Origin: a virus
Taxonomy: Duplodnaviria > Caudoviricetes
Strand: one strand, 5' to 3'
Length of the DNA: 57,900 nucleotides
IMG/VR virus record: IMGVR_UViG_3300037524_000679
Coordinates: 1 to 57,900 of that record
The notes under the pieces were generated by a model. The model had not been told where the DNA came from, made no database searches, and worked only from the letters and a program-made list of their open reading frames with translations. The stretch's first letter is position 1. Each line of letters begins with the position of its first letter. Made by a program: the position numbers and the translations under genes. Below, piece after piece: positions 14,239-23,914 of this stretch.

Positions 14239-14329
14239 TATACTCATATATTTAGCTGGATTGTCAGTATTATTTATAATACTAATAGTATTCTTCTATT
14301 TGATACTATATCTGCTAGTGAGCGAATAA
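14231..14329 (+). CDS. Single-TM micropeptide (32 aa)
   Basis: MTDILIYLAGLSVLFIILIVFFYLILYLLVSE. Confidence 0.5.
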   Translation: MTDILIYLAGLSVLFIILIVFFYLILYLLVSE

Positions 14330-14330
14330 A

Positions 14331-14537
14331 ATGTATTGTGTATTAAATACAATTACAACATTAGTAATAACTGTAGGATCTAAAGAAGACTGTGAGTTGT
14401 TTATTAAACAAAATCCTTCATATGAAAAGTTTTGCAAAGTTATGAAAGTTGTAAACGTTGAAGGTGAGGTAATTCCTTACGATGAACATTTTTCTTCTGG
14501 ATATAGATTGGCAAATAAACGCGACTTATCATGTTGA
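14331..14537 (+). CDS. Hypothetical protein
   Basis: 68-aa ORF. Confidence 0.5.
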   Translation: MYCVLNTITTLVITVGSKEDCELFIKQNPSYEKFCKVMKVVNVEGEVIPYDEHFSSGYRLANKRDLSC

Positions 14538-14949
14538 TAAACATGTAGTTAAAATGATTTTAGAAAGTGCACAACTGCTATCAACTGCTGTTAGATTAAG
14601 TGGAATTGATGCTGGATATAAAGCTGCCTACAAGAATCATCCTTGTGCAATATGGACTAGGCAAAGTTTAGCGAATTGGAAATGGTTATACTATCTTACA
14701 GAAGCATTAAATGAAGAATACAGGTATAGATATAACAAAAAAGTAAATCATAAAAGCTATGATGTAGTAAAATCACTTCCAGTTCCAAATATAGAAGATA
14801 TTGGTGTTACTCAATTTGCACAAGCAATGCCAAACTGTTATAAAAGTTATGATCCAGTGCAAGCATATAGAAATTATTATATTGGAGAAAAGAATCACCT
14901 ATTTTCGTGGACTAAAAGAGAAGTCCCATATTGGATAAATGAGTCGTAG
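14482..14949 (+). CDS. Pyrimidine-dimer DNA glycosylase (DenV-like family)
   Basis: MNIF.LD, DKHVVKMILESAQLLST, HPC, AYRNYY motifs. Confidence 0.8.
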   Translation: MNIFLLDIDWQINATYHVDKHVVKMILESAQLLSTAVRLSGIDAGYKAAYKNHPCAIWTRQSLANWKWLYYLTEALNEEYRYRYNKKVNHKSYDVVKSLPVPNIEDIGVTQFAQAMPNCYKSYDPVQAYRNYYIGEKNHLFSWTKREVPYWINES

Positions 14950-15013
14950 TAGTGTAACGGCAGCACAGTTGTCTCCAAAACAACTAGCCGAGGTTCGAAT
15001 CCTTGCTGCGGCG
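14943..15013 (+). tRNA. tRNA-Trp(CCA), 3' CCA not encoded
   Basis: GTTGT-CTCCAAA-ACAAC; G73 followed by TCA. Confidence 0.88.
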
Positions 15014-15030
15014 TCACAAATGAGAGAAAT

Positions 15031-15219
15031 ATGCCAAAAGTACAATATTTACATAGATCACACATGGGATCATGGTACGTAGATTGTGAAATTTTACCTG
15101 ACAAACATGAAAACCTTTATAAGATTAAATATTTAGATCCTGTAATTGAAGAAATAGAATATGCACTGGTTGCTAAATCAGAATTAAAATTCCCAGAATA
15201 TAGTGAGTACATAATGTAA
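15031..15219 (+). CDS. Hypothetical protein
   Basis: 62 aa, stop directly abuts tRNA-Pro. Confidence 0.6.
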   Translation: MPKVQYLHRSHMGSWYVDCEILPDKHENLYKIKYLDPVIEEIEYALVAKSELKFPEYSEYIM

Positions 15220-15296
15220 CGGAGTGTAGCTCAGCTTGGTAGAGCAACTGCTTTGGGAGCAGAAGGTCGTAGGTTCGATTCCTATCACTCCGACCA
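15220..15296 (+). tRNA. tRNA-Pro(UGG)
   Basis: CGGAGTG/CACTCCG, loop TTTGGGA, CCA. Confidence 0.95.
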
Positions 15297-15308
15297 ATTC
15301 TAAAATAA

Positions 15309-15491
15309 ATGGAAGCACAACACATATACATAATTTGTAAGGCATATGAAGATGGAAAGGTAGCAGCAAAAAAGCAGCAATTTTCAAATACAAACCCTTA
15401 TAGTAAAAATACTGCTCCTTGGCTAGCATGGATATATGGCTGGGAATTTGGAGTTAGTAATTTTGTAAAAAAATACAACAATATTCATTAA
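15309..15491 (+). CDS. Hypothetical protein with ribosome-modulation-factor-like motif
   Basis: AYEDG..NPY..AWIYGW pattern. Confidence 0.5.
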   Translation: MEAQHIYIICKAYEDGKVAAKKQQFSNTNPYSKNTAPWLAWIYGWEFGVSNFVKKYNNIH

Positions 15492-15672
15492 TATGCAATA
15501 TCAAACATCTTTAAATACAAGAAACCCTATCTATAAAGACAGAAATGGAAAATATTACTTTTGGGACGAAAATTGGATGAATAGTTTTGGCCCATACCAA
15601 ACAAAAGAAAAAGCAGAAAAAGAATTAGATAAGTATGTTAGGTACTTAAACGGCGAACTTTAAAAAATTGTT

Positions 15673-15701
15673 TTGACTTTTTCTGCTAAATATTGTATAA
15701 T
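15673..15701 (+). promoter_or_regulatory. Sigma70-like promoter, probably leaderless transcript
   Basis: TTGACT, 17 nt, TATAAT; ATG 7 nt downstream. Confidence 0.75.
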
Positions 15702-15708
15702 ATATAAA

Positions 15709-15915
15709 ATGAGAAATATAATTGAATTATGGAAACGATGGATAGCTAAAGTTAAAAGTGATAGCCTAATGGAAGAAATCAGAGCTTTAGCGTATCAGAA
15801 AGCAAAAGAACGAAATTTTGAACCAGGCCATGACTGGAAAGATTGGTTTGAGGCAGAAAAAGAAGTTGCTAGTAAATACTACAATAAGTATTGTGGTGTA
15901 CTTTCTACTGATTGA
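15709..15915 (+). CDS. DUF2934-like protein
   Basis: IRALAYQKAKERNFEPGHDWKDWFEAEKEV. Confidence 0.7.
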   Translation: MRNIIELWKRWIAKVKSDSLMEEIRALAYQKAKERNFEPGHDWKDWFEAEKEVASKYYNKYCGVLSTD

Positions 15916-16021
15916 TACTATAGCATCTATATAGATAGCTGACTAGAGGGAAGTGGTAAGTAATGGCGTTGCCCCTAGGCCTTAATAAACAAGACAAAAG
16001 AGTACCATTATAGTATCAATC
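15910..16021 (+). ncRNA. Stem-closed structured element upstream of tmRNA
   Basis: 13-bp inverted repeat GATTGATACTATA/TATAGTATCAATC; internal CTAG-AGGG/CCCCTAG. Confidence 0.45.
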
Positions 16022-16083
16022 TAATATCACTGTATGAAGTTAAATTGATTGGTTTCGGACGCGAGTGCGATTCTCGCCAGCTC

Positions 16084-16763
16084 GGTGGAACTGGAAAATA
16101 TTAAAATAGAATCACTAAAGCTCAAAAAAATACTCGAAGAACTAGCTAAGTGTTAGTGAGGAGTTATATGGCAATTATAAATGAGGATAATTTAGAAGAA
16201 TTTAAAAATCATATTATTAATGGGAAAACAATTCCAGAATTGTGTGAGATTTATTCTTGTAAAAGGACAACTATTACAGCAGCTAAGAAAAAATATGGAT
16301 TAATTGGTTTGTCTCCAAACTCTAAAAAAGCTGATAGAGAATCATATAGTAAAAAGTGTACTATTTGCAGTGAAGTAAAACCTCTATCTGAATTTTGGAG
16401 AAATGGTTATACTCCTTCTAATGAAGTAAAATATAAACCATTTTGTAAAGAGTGTGGAAATAGAGCAAAAAATAACCATAAACTATATTATATACAGGAA
16501 TATTTACATTCTGTAAATAGAAAGTATAGCTGTGAAATATGTGGTTATGATAAAAATTATGCAGCGTTAGAATTTCATCACAAGAATCCTAATGATAAAG
16601 TATACACTATAAGTAGTATTTCATCATCTATGTCTAAAGAAAAATGTTGGGAAATATTAAGTGTAGAAGTACCAAAGTGTATAATACTATGTGCAAATTG
16701 CCATAGAGAGTGGCATAACCCGTTGTCAAATTCTTATAAAGACTAATCAACCAAGATTAGCTC
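16084..16763 (+). mobile_element. 680-bp HNH-encoding insertion in the tmRNA acceptor strand
   Basis: Flanked by AGCTC direct repeat (16079-83 and 16759-63); removal restores CAGCTCCACCA. Confidence 0.75.
16168..16746 (+). CDS. HNH homing-endonuclease-like protein
   Basis: SD GAGGAG; N-terminal HTH-like region, CxxC ribbons, ALEFHH..LCANCHREWH. Confidence 0.88.
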   Translation: MAIINEDNLEEFKNHIINGKTIPELCEIYSCKRTTITAAKKKYGLIGLSPNSKKADRESYSKKCTICSEVKPLSEFWRNGYTPSNEVKYKPFCKECGNRAKNNHKLYYIQEYLHSVNRKYSCEICGYDKNYAALEFHHKNPNDKVYTISSISSSMSKEKCWEILSVEVPKCIILCANCHREWHNPLSNSYKD

Positions 16764-17051
16764 CACCATAGTAGCTCTTAAAGGTTGTATTTGCTGTGGC
16801 GGCTATACAGCCAATTAGCTCGCGCCACGGGCTAGCAGACGAAGTTTCTGTAAGAGCTACTATGATGGGGCTGATCAGATTCGACGAAATTAAAAGAGAT
16901 AATGGACAGTGCGTAAGCTAGACGTAATCTGCAAAAAACATAAACGCAAACGATGATGTTTATGACTATGCTATGGCTGCTTAAGCCATAACCGGGTTAA
17001 GCCCTACACCTGGGAACAGAAGTAGGGCACTAACTTAATATTATATAAAAC

Positions 17052-17435
17052 ATGAAATCAATATCTTTAAAAGAAGCTTATAATATTTTAGAGCAGCTAT
17101 ATCCAAAACATTTTAATATGTATAACTCTTATATCTTGAAGCAAGACATTGATAAGGATATGAGGGACTTGGAGAAGTGGGAAGAGTTATATGATATTAT
17201 TTTAGACATTGAAAATACTTTTGGTGTTACTAAGATAGAAAATCAAATAGCTAAGCTAGAACAAATATTGCATTACTATGAGTGTTCTCTAGCAGAATTA
17301 CCAAAAGAGTTCTCTATCATTGCTAAAGAAAAAATCAAAGATTTAAAAGCAGATATAAAGACATTAGAAGATAAATTAAATATACTACAAAATTCAACTA
17401 TTTTTGAAATTTATGAGGATTTAGTAAATGAGTGA
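17052..17435 (+). CDS. Hypothetical coiled-coil protein
   Basis: 127-aa ORF. Confidence 0.65.
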   Translation: MKSISLKEAYNILEQLYPKHFNMYNSYILKQDIDKDMRDLEKWEELYDIILDIENTFGVTKIENQIAKLEQILHYYECSLAELPKEFSIIAKEKIKDLKADIKTLEDKLNILQNSTIFEIYEDLVNE

Positions 17436-17811
17436 TTGGACAGACGAACTAAAAGAGCAAGTTATTGAAGACTATGAGAATGCAGATCCTACTCCAGAAA
17501 ATTCAATGGAGATTGTACAGGAACTTGCAGAAAAGTATGAAAAGACAGTAAATGGAATCCGAATGATTCTATCAAAGGCAGGAGTATATGTAAAGAAAAC
17601 TCCAGCATCTAAGACCGCCGGTACTAAGGAAAAGGATAAGCCTGCTACTGCGCGAGTATCTAAGGAAAGCTCTATCAAGGCTTTAACTGATGTAATTGAA
17701 TCCGCAGGATTGGATTTAGAACCAGATATTCTCAGTAAGCTAACAGGTAAAGCAGCAGTATATTTTACAGAACTTCTTGAAGAACTAATTAGGCAAAATG
17801 CGAAAAATTAG
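17428..17811 (+). CDS. T5 D3-like DNA-binding protein
   Basis: WTDELK..PTPENSMEIV..RMILSKAGVYVKK. Confidence 0.75.
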   Translation: MSDWTDELKEQVIEDYENADPTPENSMEIVQELAEKYEKTVNGIRMILSKAGVYVKKTPASKTAGTKEKDKPATARVSKESSIKALTDVIESAGLDLEPDILSKLTGKAAVYFTELLEELIRQNAKN

Positions 17812-18487
17812 AGCTAAAGAAGGAGAGGATTTGTCTCCTTCAACAGTTAAGAAGGTTATCTCCCTCCTAGAGAGGGAGATAAATCCTATTTCTAAAAAAG
17901 AAGCATGTGAAATTCTACATATATCTTATAATACTACTCGGCTCAATAAAATTATTGAGGAGTATAAAGAAAGAGAGATATATGTAGCCAACAGAAAAAA
18001 GCAAAACCATCTAAAACCTATATCAGAATACGAAGTTAAGGAGATTGTAGAGTCTTACTTGGCAGGGGATTCTTTGTCCAAAATAGCTGAGAATGTATAT
18101 AGGTCAATAGCTATAGTTAAAACAGTATTGGATAAATTCAATCTTCCAATAAGAAATAAATCTTATAGCTATTTCGATCCAGTGTATTTAGATAATGATA
18201 GTATGATTTCTGATGATTATAAAAGTGGAGATTTAGTATATAGTGCTAGATATAATGCTCCTGCTTTAATTGATAAGCTAGTACAAAAATCAGAAATACA
18301 TGGTAATGTTTATAAATTGTGGATATATGGTGATTATAACCAGTGGGCTAATCAACCATACTATGAATTATCAGATTTAAGAGAAGCACAAAAGCTAGGA
18401 ATTAAGTTGCCAGACTATACAAAAGAAGAAATTATGGCTTTAATTGTTGAAGGATTTAAAAGAGCTAAAAGGATTAATGATGATTAA
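17798..18487 (+). CDS. Hypothetical protein with HTH-like repeats
   Basis: KKEACEILHISYNTTRL motif; position in replication module. Confidence 0.7.
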   Translation: MRKIRAKEGEDLSPSTVKKVISLLEREINPISKKEACEILHISYNTTRLNKIIEEYKEREIYVANRKKQNHLKPISEYEVKEIVESYLAGDSLSKIAENVYRSIAIVKTVLDKFNLPIRNKSYSYFDPVYLDNDSMISDDYKSGDLVYSARYNAPALIDKLVQKSEIHGNVYKLWIYGDYNQWANQPYYELSDLREAQKLGIKLPDYTKEEIMALIVEGFKRAKRINDD

Positions 18488-18786
18488 TAAGAGAAGCGCT
18501 ATCTCAATGCTAAAGAACTTTGGTGATGCAATCATTGAATTTAAAGATAGAAGAGAGCCAATTTTATGCACAATTGAATTTAATAATAAGTATATAAAAA
18601 AAGAAAAGCGAGATATTAAACAAAATCTAAAGGGTGGCATTCTAATATTTGACTGGACAAATTATAAATATGACATTATTAAGGTAAATGAAATTTATTC
18701 AATTACTGCTCTTAGTGATATATTACAAAATAATCCACCAGAAGAAATACCGGCATATCATCATCAATTTAATAAGGTAATAGAAT

Positions 18787-18803
<17 letters not shown>
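18477..18803 (+). CDS. Hypothetical protein
   Basis: ORF between D3 region and ligase. Confidence 0.6.
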
Positions 18804-20018
<1,215 letters not shown>

Positions 20019-20090
20019 GCCTGCGCCGACCACAGTAAAAACATTCTCAAGTGTTACGTACTTACTAACTTAACAAAGTAAAAAATAGAC

Positions 20091-20119
20091 TTGATAAATT
20101 AGTGTTAATTTGTTATAAT
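20091..20119 (+). promoter_or_regulatory. Sigma70-like promoter, probably leaderless transcript
   Basis: TTGATA, 17 nt, TGtTATAAT; ATG 7 nt downstream. Confidence 0.75.
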
Positions 20120-20126
20120 ATATAAA

Positions 20127-20876
20127 ATGGAAAAAGTAAATATACCGCTGCAATGCCCGAGTTGTAACTCTACACTTGTAAGAGTTAACAATCAGTTGTT
20201 TTGCAAAAACCCCAATTGTAATGAACAAAGTATAAAGAGAGTAGCTAATTACGCTAAAGTATTAAAAATTAAAGGGTTAGGTGAAAAAACTATAGAAAAA
20301 CTCGGGCTTACTTCTATCTCTGATATATACTCAGATTCATTTGATTGGGAATTGATTATAGGCTCAAAATTAGCACAAAAATTGGAAAAAGAGATAGAAG
20401 CTACGCTGTCTATACCGTTTTATAAGTTTTTAGCAGCTGTCGGAATTCCACTAGTCGGGCAAGCTGTGGCAAGTAAATTAAGTTTTGTTAGTGATCCAGA
20501 TGAAATTAATTATGGAGTATGTAAAAAGGCTGGCATTGGTGACAAAGCCACTCAAAATATTCTTAACTGGCTAGATGACGAATACTATACAGAACTTATT
20601 AATTTGCCGATAGAATTTACCAAAGGTGAAACACTTGATAGTAGTAAAGCTATAAAGATTTGCATAACTGGTAAGCTACCTGGATTTACTAAAAGTGATT
20701 TTGCAAGCTCATTAGTAAAAGCTGGGCATAATGTAATAGTGGAAAATGATGTAAGTAAAGATATAAACTATTTAGTTTGTGAAACAAGAAAAGATTCAAT
20801 AAAAGAACAAAAAGCTTTGAAATTGAATATTCCTATTTTATCATTAAAAGAATTTTTGGAGAAAATAAATGAGTAA
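20127..20876 (+). CDS. NAD-dependent DNA ligase, subunit B (Zn finger, HhH, BRCT)
   Basis: CPSC..C..C, IKGLG, ICITGKL; split ligase as in T5. Confidence 0.9.
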   Translation: MEKVNIPLQCPSCNSTLVRVNNQLFCKNPNCNEQSIKRVANYAKVLKIKGLGEKTIEKLGLTSISDIYSDSFDWELIIGSKLAQKLEKEIEATLSIPFYKFLAAVGIPLVGQAVASKLSFVSDPDEINYGVCKKAGIGDKATQNILNWLDDEYYTELINLPIEFTKGETLDSSKAIKICITGKLPGFTKSDFASSLVKAGHNVIVENDVSKDINYLVCETRKDSIKEQKALKLNIPILSLKEFLEKINE

Positions 20877-21621
20877 TTTACCCAAGTGGACTGAAGACAG
20901 AACTAATGAGCTAATTGAGTTGGTTGGTGACAACACTGATTTAGTTGTTGGATTAGATATTGTAGAGGAAGCAGCAGAGACTCTAGAGACTACTGCTCGC
21001 TCTGTAGCTGCTAAGCTTCGTAAGCTAGGATATGAAGTAGAGTCTACTTCTTCTAAGCATACTAAGTCTTTTACAGAGCAAGATGAAACAAAGCTACGTG
21101 CATTTGTTGAGGGTAATCCCAACGCATATACGTATGCAGAGATTGCGGCATATGTGTTTGATGACGCAAGTAAAGCTAGGCAGGTTCAAGGAAAGCTCTT
21201 GTCAATGGAGTTGACAAATCTCGTTAAGAAGACACCACCTAAGGAGATTAAGAAGGTATATACTGAGGAAGAAGAGCGTAGAATCGTAGCCCTTATGGAA
21301 AAGGGTGCCTACTTAGAGGATATTGCAGAAGCACTTGGAAAGCCTCTTAATTCTATCCGTGGTAAGGTTCTTTCAATTACTAGAGCCAATTCAGATTTGA
21401 CTATGCCTAAGCAGAAGGAAAGCCATGCTAAGACACAGGCTGATCTACTTGAGGCTCTTGGCAATATCACTGATATGACTGTAGCTGAAATTGCAGAGAA
21501 GATTGGTAAGACCGAGCGCGGAGTTAAGACAATGCTTACTTATCGCGGTCTTGTAGCTAAGGACTATAATGGTGCTGCTAGAGCCGATAAAATTGCGGAA
21601 AAGAAAGCTCAGAGAGCTTAA
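20869..21621 (+). CDS. T5 D5-like DNA-binding protein
   Basis: WTEDRT, RSVAAKLRKLGY, KTERGVKTMLTYRGL; synteny with T5. Confidence 0.8.
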   Translation: MSNLPKWTEDRTNELIELVGDNTDLVVGLDIVEEAAETLETTARSVAAKLRKLGYEVESTSSKHTKSFTEQDETKLRAFVEGNPNAYTYAEIAAYVFDDASKARQVQGKLLSMELTNLVKKTPPKEIKKVYTEEEERRIVALMEKGAYLEDIAEALGKPLNSIRGKVLSITRANSDLTMPKQKESHAKTQADLLEALGNITDMTVAEIAEKIGKTERGVKTMLTYRGLVAKDYNGAARADKIAEKKAQRA

Positions 21622-21639
21622 TTAGTCTTAACCTATAAG

Positions 21640-21677
21640 AGGCGGGATGGATTCAAGCTATCCCGCCTTTTTATTTT
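21640..21677 (+). terminator. Intrinsic terminator
   Basis: AGGCGGGATGG/CTATCCCGCCT hairpin plus T-tract. Confidence 0.85.
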
Positions 21678-21689
21678 TAAAGGATAACT

Positions 21690-23039
21690 ATGGATATAGG
21701 GGGATTAGTATTATTTAAGATTTTGTCTAATCCATCTGAGTCTATAGAAGCGTGGTCTAAAGTTAAGCTTTCTTTCTTTAACAACGAATATACATCTATA
21801 TATTCATCAATAGTAAAATACTATAATAAATATGCTACTCTACCATCTTTTGATGACTTAGATATAGTTACTAGAGATGGTCTCATAAAGAGCAATTTAA
21901 AAGCATTATCTAAATTAGAGTATCCAGAAGATATATCATTAGATAGTGCAGTTGAAGCATTAATAGATGAATATACACAGACAGAAACACTAAAAAAATT
22001 AGATCAATTTCTAGACAGTATTACATTACTTGACTCAGAAGAAATAAAGCATGAGCTAGCTAATATACTTCTACATTTAGAGGAAAAAACACATACAAGC
22101 GAAAAAATATGTTTAATGAGTGATATTACTGTTTTAGAAGAAGAAGAAGTTTCTGCTACTCAAATACCTCTTGGATTTAATAATAAGTTTGATGCTGAAA
22201 TACGTGCATCTACTAGTGAACTTATTATGATTGGAGGTATGAGAGGATCTGGTAAATCTAATGTTGCTCTAAATATCTATACTTCTCAGTATGAACAAGG
22301 AAACGTTGGTTTATATTTTTCTATTGAAATGAATAAAAGAGAAGTGTTTAATAGAACAATATCTATGTTAGCAGAAGTTTCAGCAGCTAAAATAAGAAAC
22401 GGTAATTTGAATGACTTTGAGCTTAGTAAAATTGCTAAAGTACGATCACAAATGTTTAGTAATGCAGAGGAAGCATACCATCAGTTTTTAAAGGATAATG
22501 ACTACAAAACATTTGAGTATAACCTTATAAGAAATTATGAATTAAAGAAAGATAATCAGCTAATTATTATAGATAATTCAAGATTAACATTGGCTGATAT
22601 TGATATGAATATACAAAAGTTTAAAGCACAATTTGGAGATAAACTTAAAGTAGTAGTTGTAGACTATGTTAACCAAATAGAAATTGAAGATATATATAAT
22701 TGGCAGCAACAAGTTACATTATCTAAGCAATTGAAAAAGTTTGCTAGAAAATATGATGTAGTAATGATTACTCCATATCAAATTAATAAAGAGGGTGAAG
22801 CTAGATTCTCTAAAGGAGTTTTAGATGCTGCAGATATAGCTATGGTTTTAACACCTGGAACTGATTATATTAAGTTTGATTCTACTAAAGTTAGACATAG
22901 TGCACCATTCTCTATAGCTTCTAATATGAATTGGGATATTCTAAAAATATATCCACAAGAATATATTGTTCAAGAAGAACCAATTAAAATGGCTAAGAAG
23001 AAAGAGCCTGAAAGAGGGCAGGAGGATATGCCATTTTGA
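21690..23039 (+). CDS. Replicative DnaB-like helicase
   Basis: GMRGSGKS Walker A, FSIEM, VVVDYVN. Confidence 0.9.
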   Translation: MDIGGLVLFKILSNPSESIEAWSKVKLSFFNNEYTSIYSSIVKYYNKYATLPSFDDLDIVTRDGLIKSNLKALSKLEYPEDISLDSAVEALIDEYTQTETLKKLDQFLDSITLLDSEEIKHELANILLHLEEKTHTSEKICLMSDITVLEEEEVSATQIPLGFNNKFDAEIRASTSELIMIGGMRGSGKSNVALNIYTSQYEQGNVGLYFSIEMNKREVFNRTISMLAEVSAAKIRNGNLNDFELSKIAKVRSQMFSNAEEAYHQFLKDNDYKTFEYNLIRNYELKKDNQLIIIDNSRLTLADIDMNIQKFKAQFGDKLKVVVVDYVNQIEIEDIYNWQQQVTLSKQLKKFARKYDVVMITPYQINKEGEARFSKGVLDAADIAMVLTPGTDYIKFDSTKVRHSAPFSIASNMNWDILKIYPQEYIVQEEPIKMAKKKEPERGQEDMPF

Positions 23040-23914
23040 ACGTAGAAGAGTTACTAAATGATAAAAGTATACAATTTAAACACTCTGGTAATGATTTAAT
23101 TGTTAGATGTTTAAATCCAGAACATGAGGATAAAAATCCATCATTAAGAATAGATAAAGTAACTGGTAAGTTTCATTGTTTTAGTTGTGGATTTTCTGGC
23201 AATATATTCAAGTTATTTAGAGTTAAAAATGATTTAATAAATGCTAAAATAGTGGAACTAAAAGAAAAAATATCTTCTTTTACAATATCTAAATTAAACA
23301 TACCACTTACTGCCGACTATTTTGAGAATGAGTTTAGAGATATAAGTGGAAAAACCTATAAAAGATTTAAAGCTTTTAAAGATATCAATGATAAAGATTT
23401 TGAAGGAAGAATTGTATTTCCAATACTAGATCCATATGATAATATAACTGCCTTTCACGGTAGATATATGTATTCAAACGCAGATCCAAAATACTTAACT
23501 AAACCAGCAAAAACTACATTACCATTATTCCCTATTTATCCAGATGAAATTATAGACTCTTCAGTAATATTAGTAGAAGGATTTTTTGATATGCTGAATA
23601 TGTATGATAAGGGATTAAAAAATACAATATGTACATTTGGTGTTAGTCTAGTATCGAAATCTGATAGAGGAAATGCAAAATTAAAGAAAAAATTTGCTCA
23701 CTTAAAATTACAAGGAATATCAAAATTATACATTTTATTTGATGGAGATAAAGCTGGTAGAGAAGGAGCTTCTAAATTAAAAAATGCACTTAAAGATTCT
23801 TATAGTATAGAAATACTAGATTTAACTGATGGTGCAGATCCAGGCTCTTTATCACAAGAAGATGTGGACTCAATTAAAGAATACTTATATGACAAACATA
23901 GCGATAATAGATAA
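23036..23914 (+). CDS. DNA primase
   Basis: CHC2 zinc finger; TOPRIM motifs VEGFFD and FDGDKAG. Confidence 0.92.
   Translation: MNVEELLNDKSIQFKHSGNDLIVRCLNPEHEDKNPSLRIDKVTGKFHCFSCGFSGNIFKLFRVKNDLINAKIVELKEKISSFTISKLNIPLTADYFENEFRDISGKTYKRFKAFKDINDKDFEGRIVFPILDPYDNITAFHGRYMYSNADPKYLTKPAKTTLPLFPIYPDEIIDSSVILVEGFFDMLNMYDKGLKNTICTFGVSLVSKSDRGNAKLKKKFAHLKLQGISKLYILFDGDKAGREGASKLKNALKDSYSIEILDLTDGADPGSLSQEDVDSIKEYLYDKHSDNR

Larger units (their letters stand above)
16028..17030 (+). ncRNA. ssrA: Circularly permuted two-piece tmRNA, interrupted by an HNH insert
   Basis: Acceptor piece: GGAC, T-arm GCGAG-TGCGATT-CTCGC, CAGCTC|insert|CACCA (ends 16768). Coding piece starts GGGGCTG..GATTCGAC (16867); tag ANDDVYDYAMAA* at 16946-16984; 3' pseudoknot. 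Confidence 0.9.

Noticed and set aside
4067-15429. Track ORFs overlapping tRNAs (4067-4249, 5926-6168, 6051-6236, 7363-7560, 7699-7956, 8609-8857, 9799-10086, 10852-11040, 14895-15104, 15184-15429)
   Set aside because: Translations of tRNA or ncRNA sequence, mostly antisense; only the downstream parts of two were kept as micropeptides
16084-16763. Canonical group I intron in tmRNA
   Set aside because: No register gives exon-terminal U plus intron-terminal G, and only ~100 non-coding nt are available; kept as an unexplained insert
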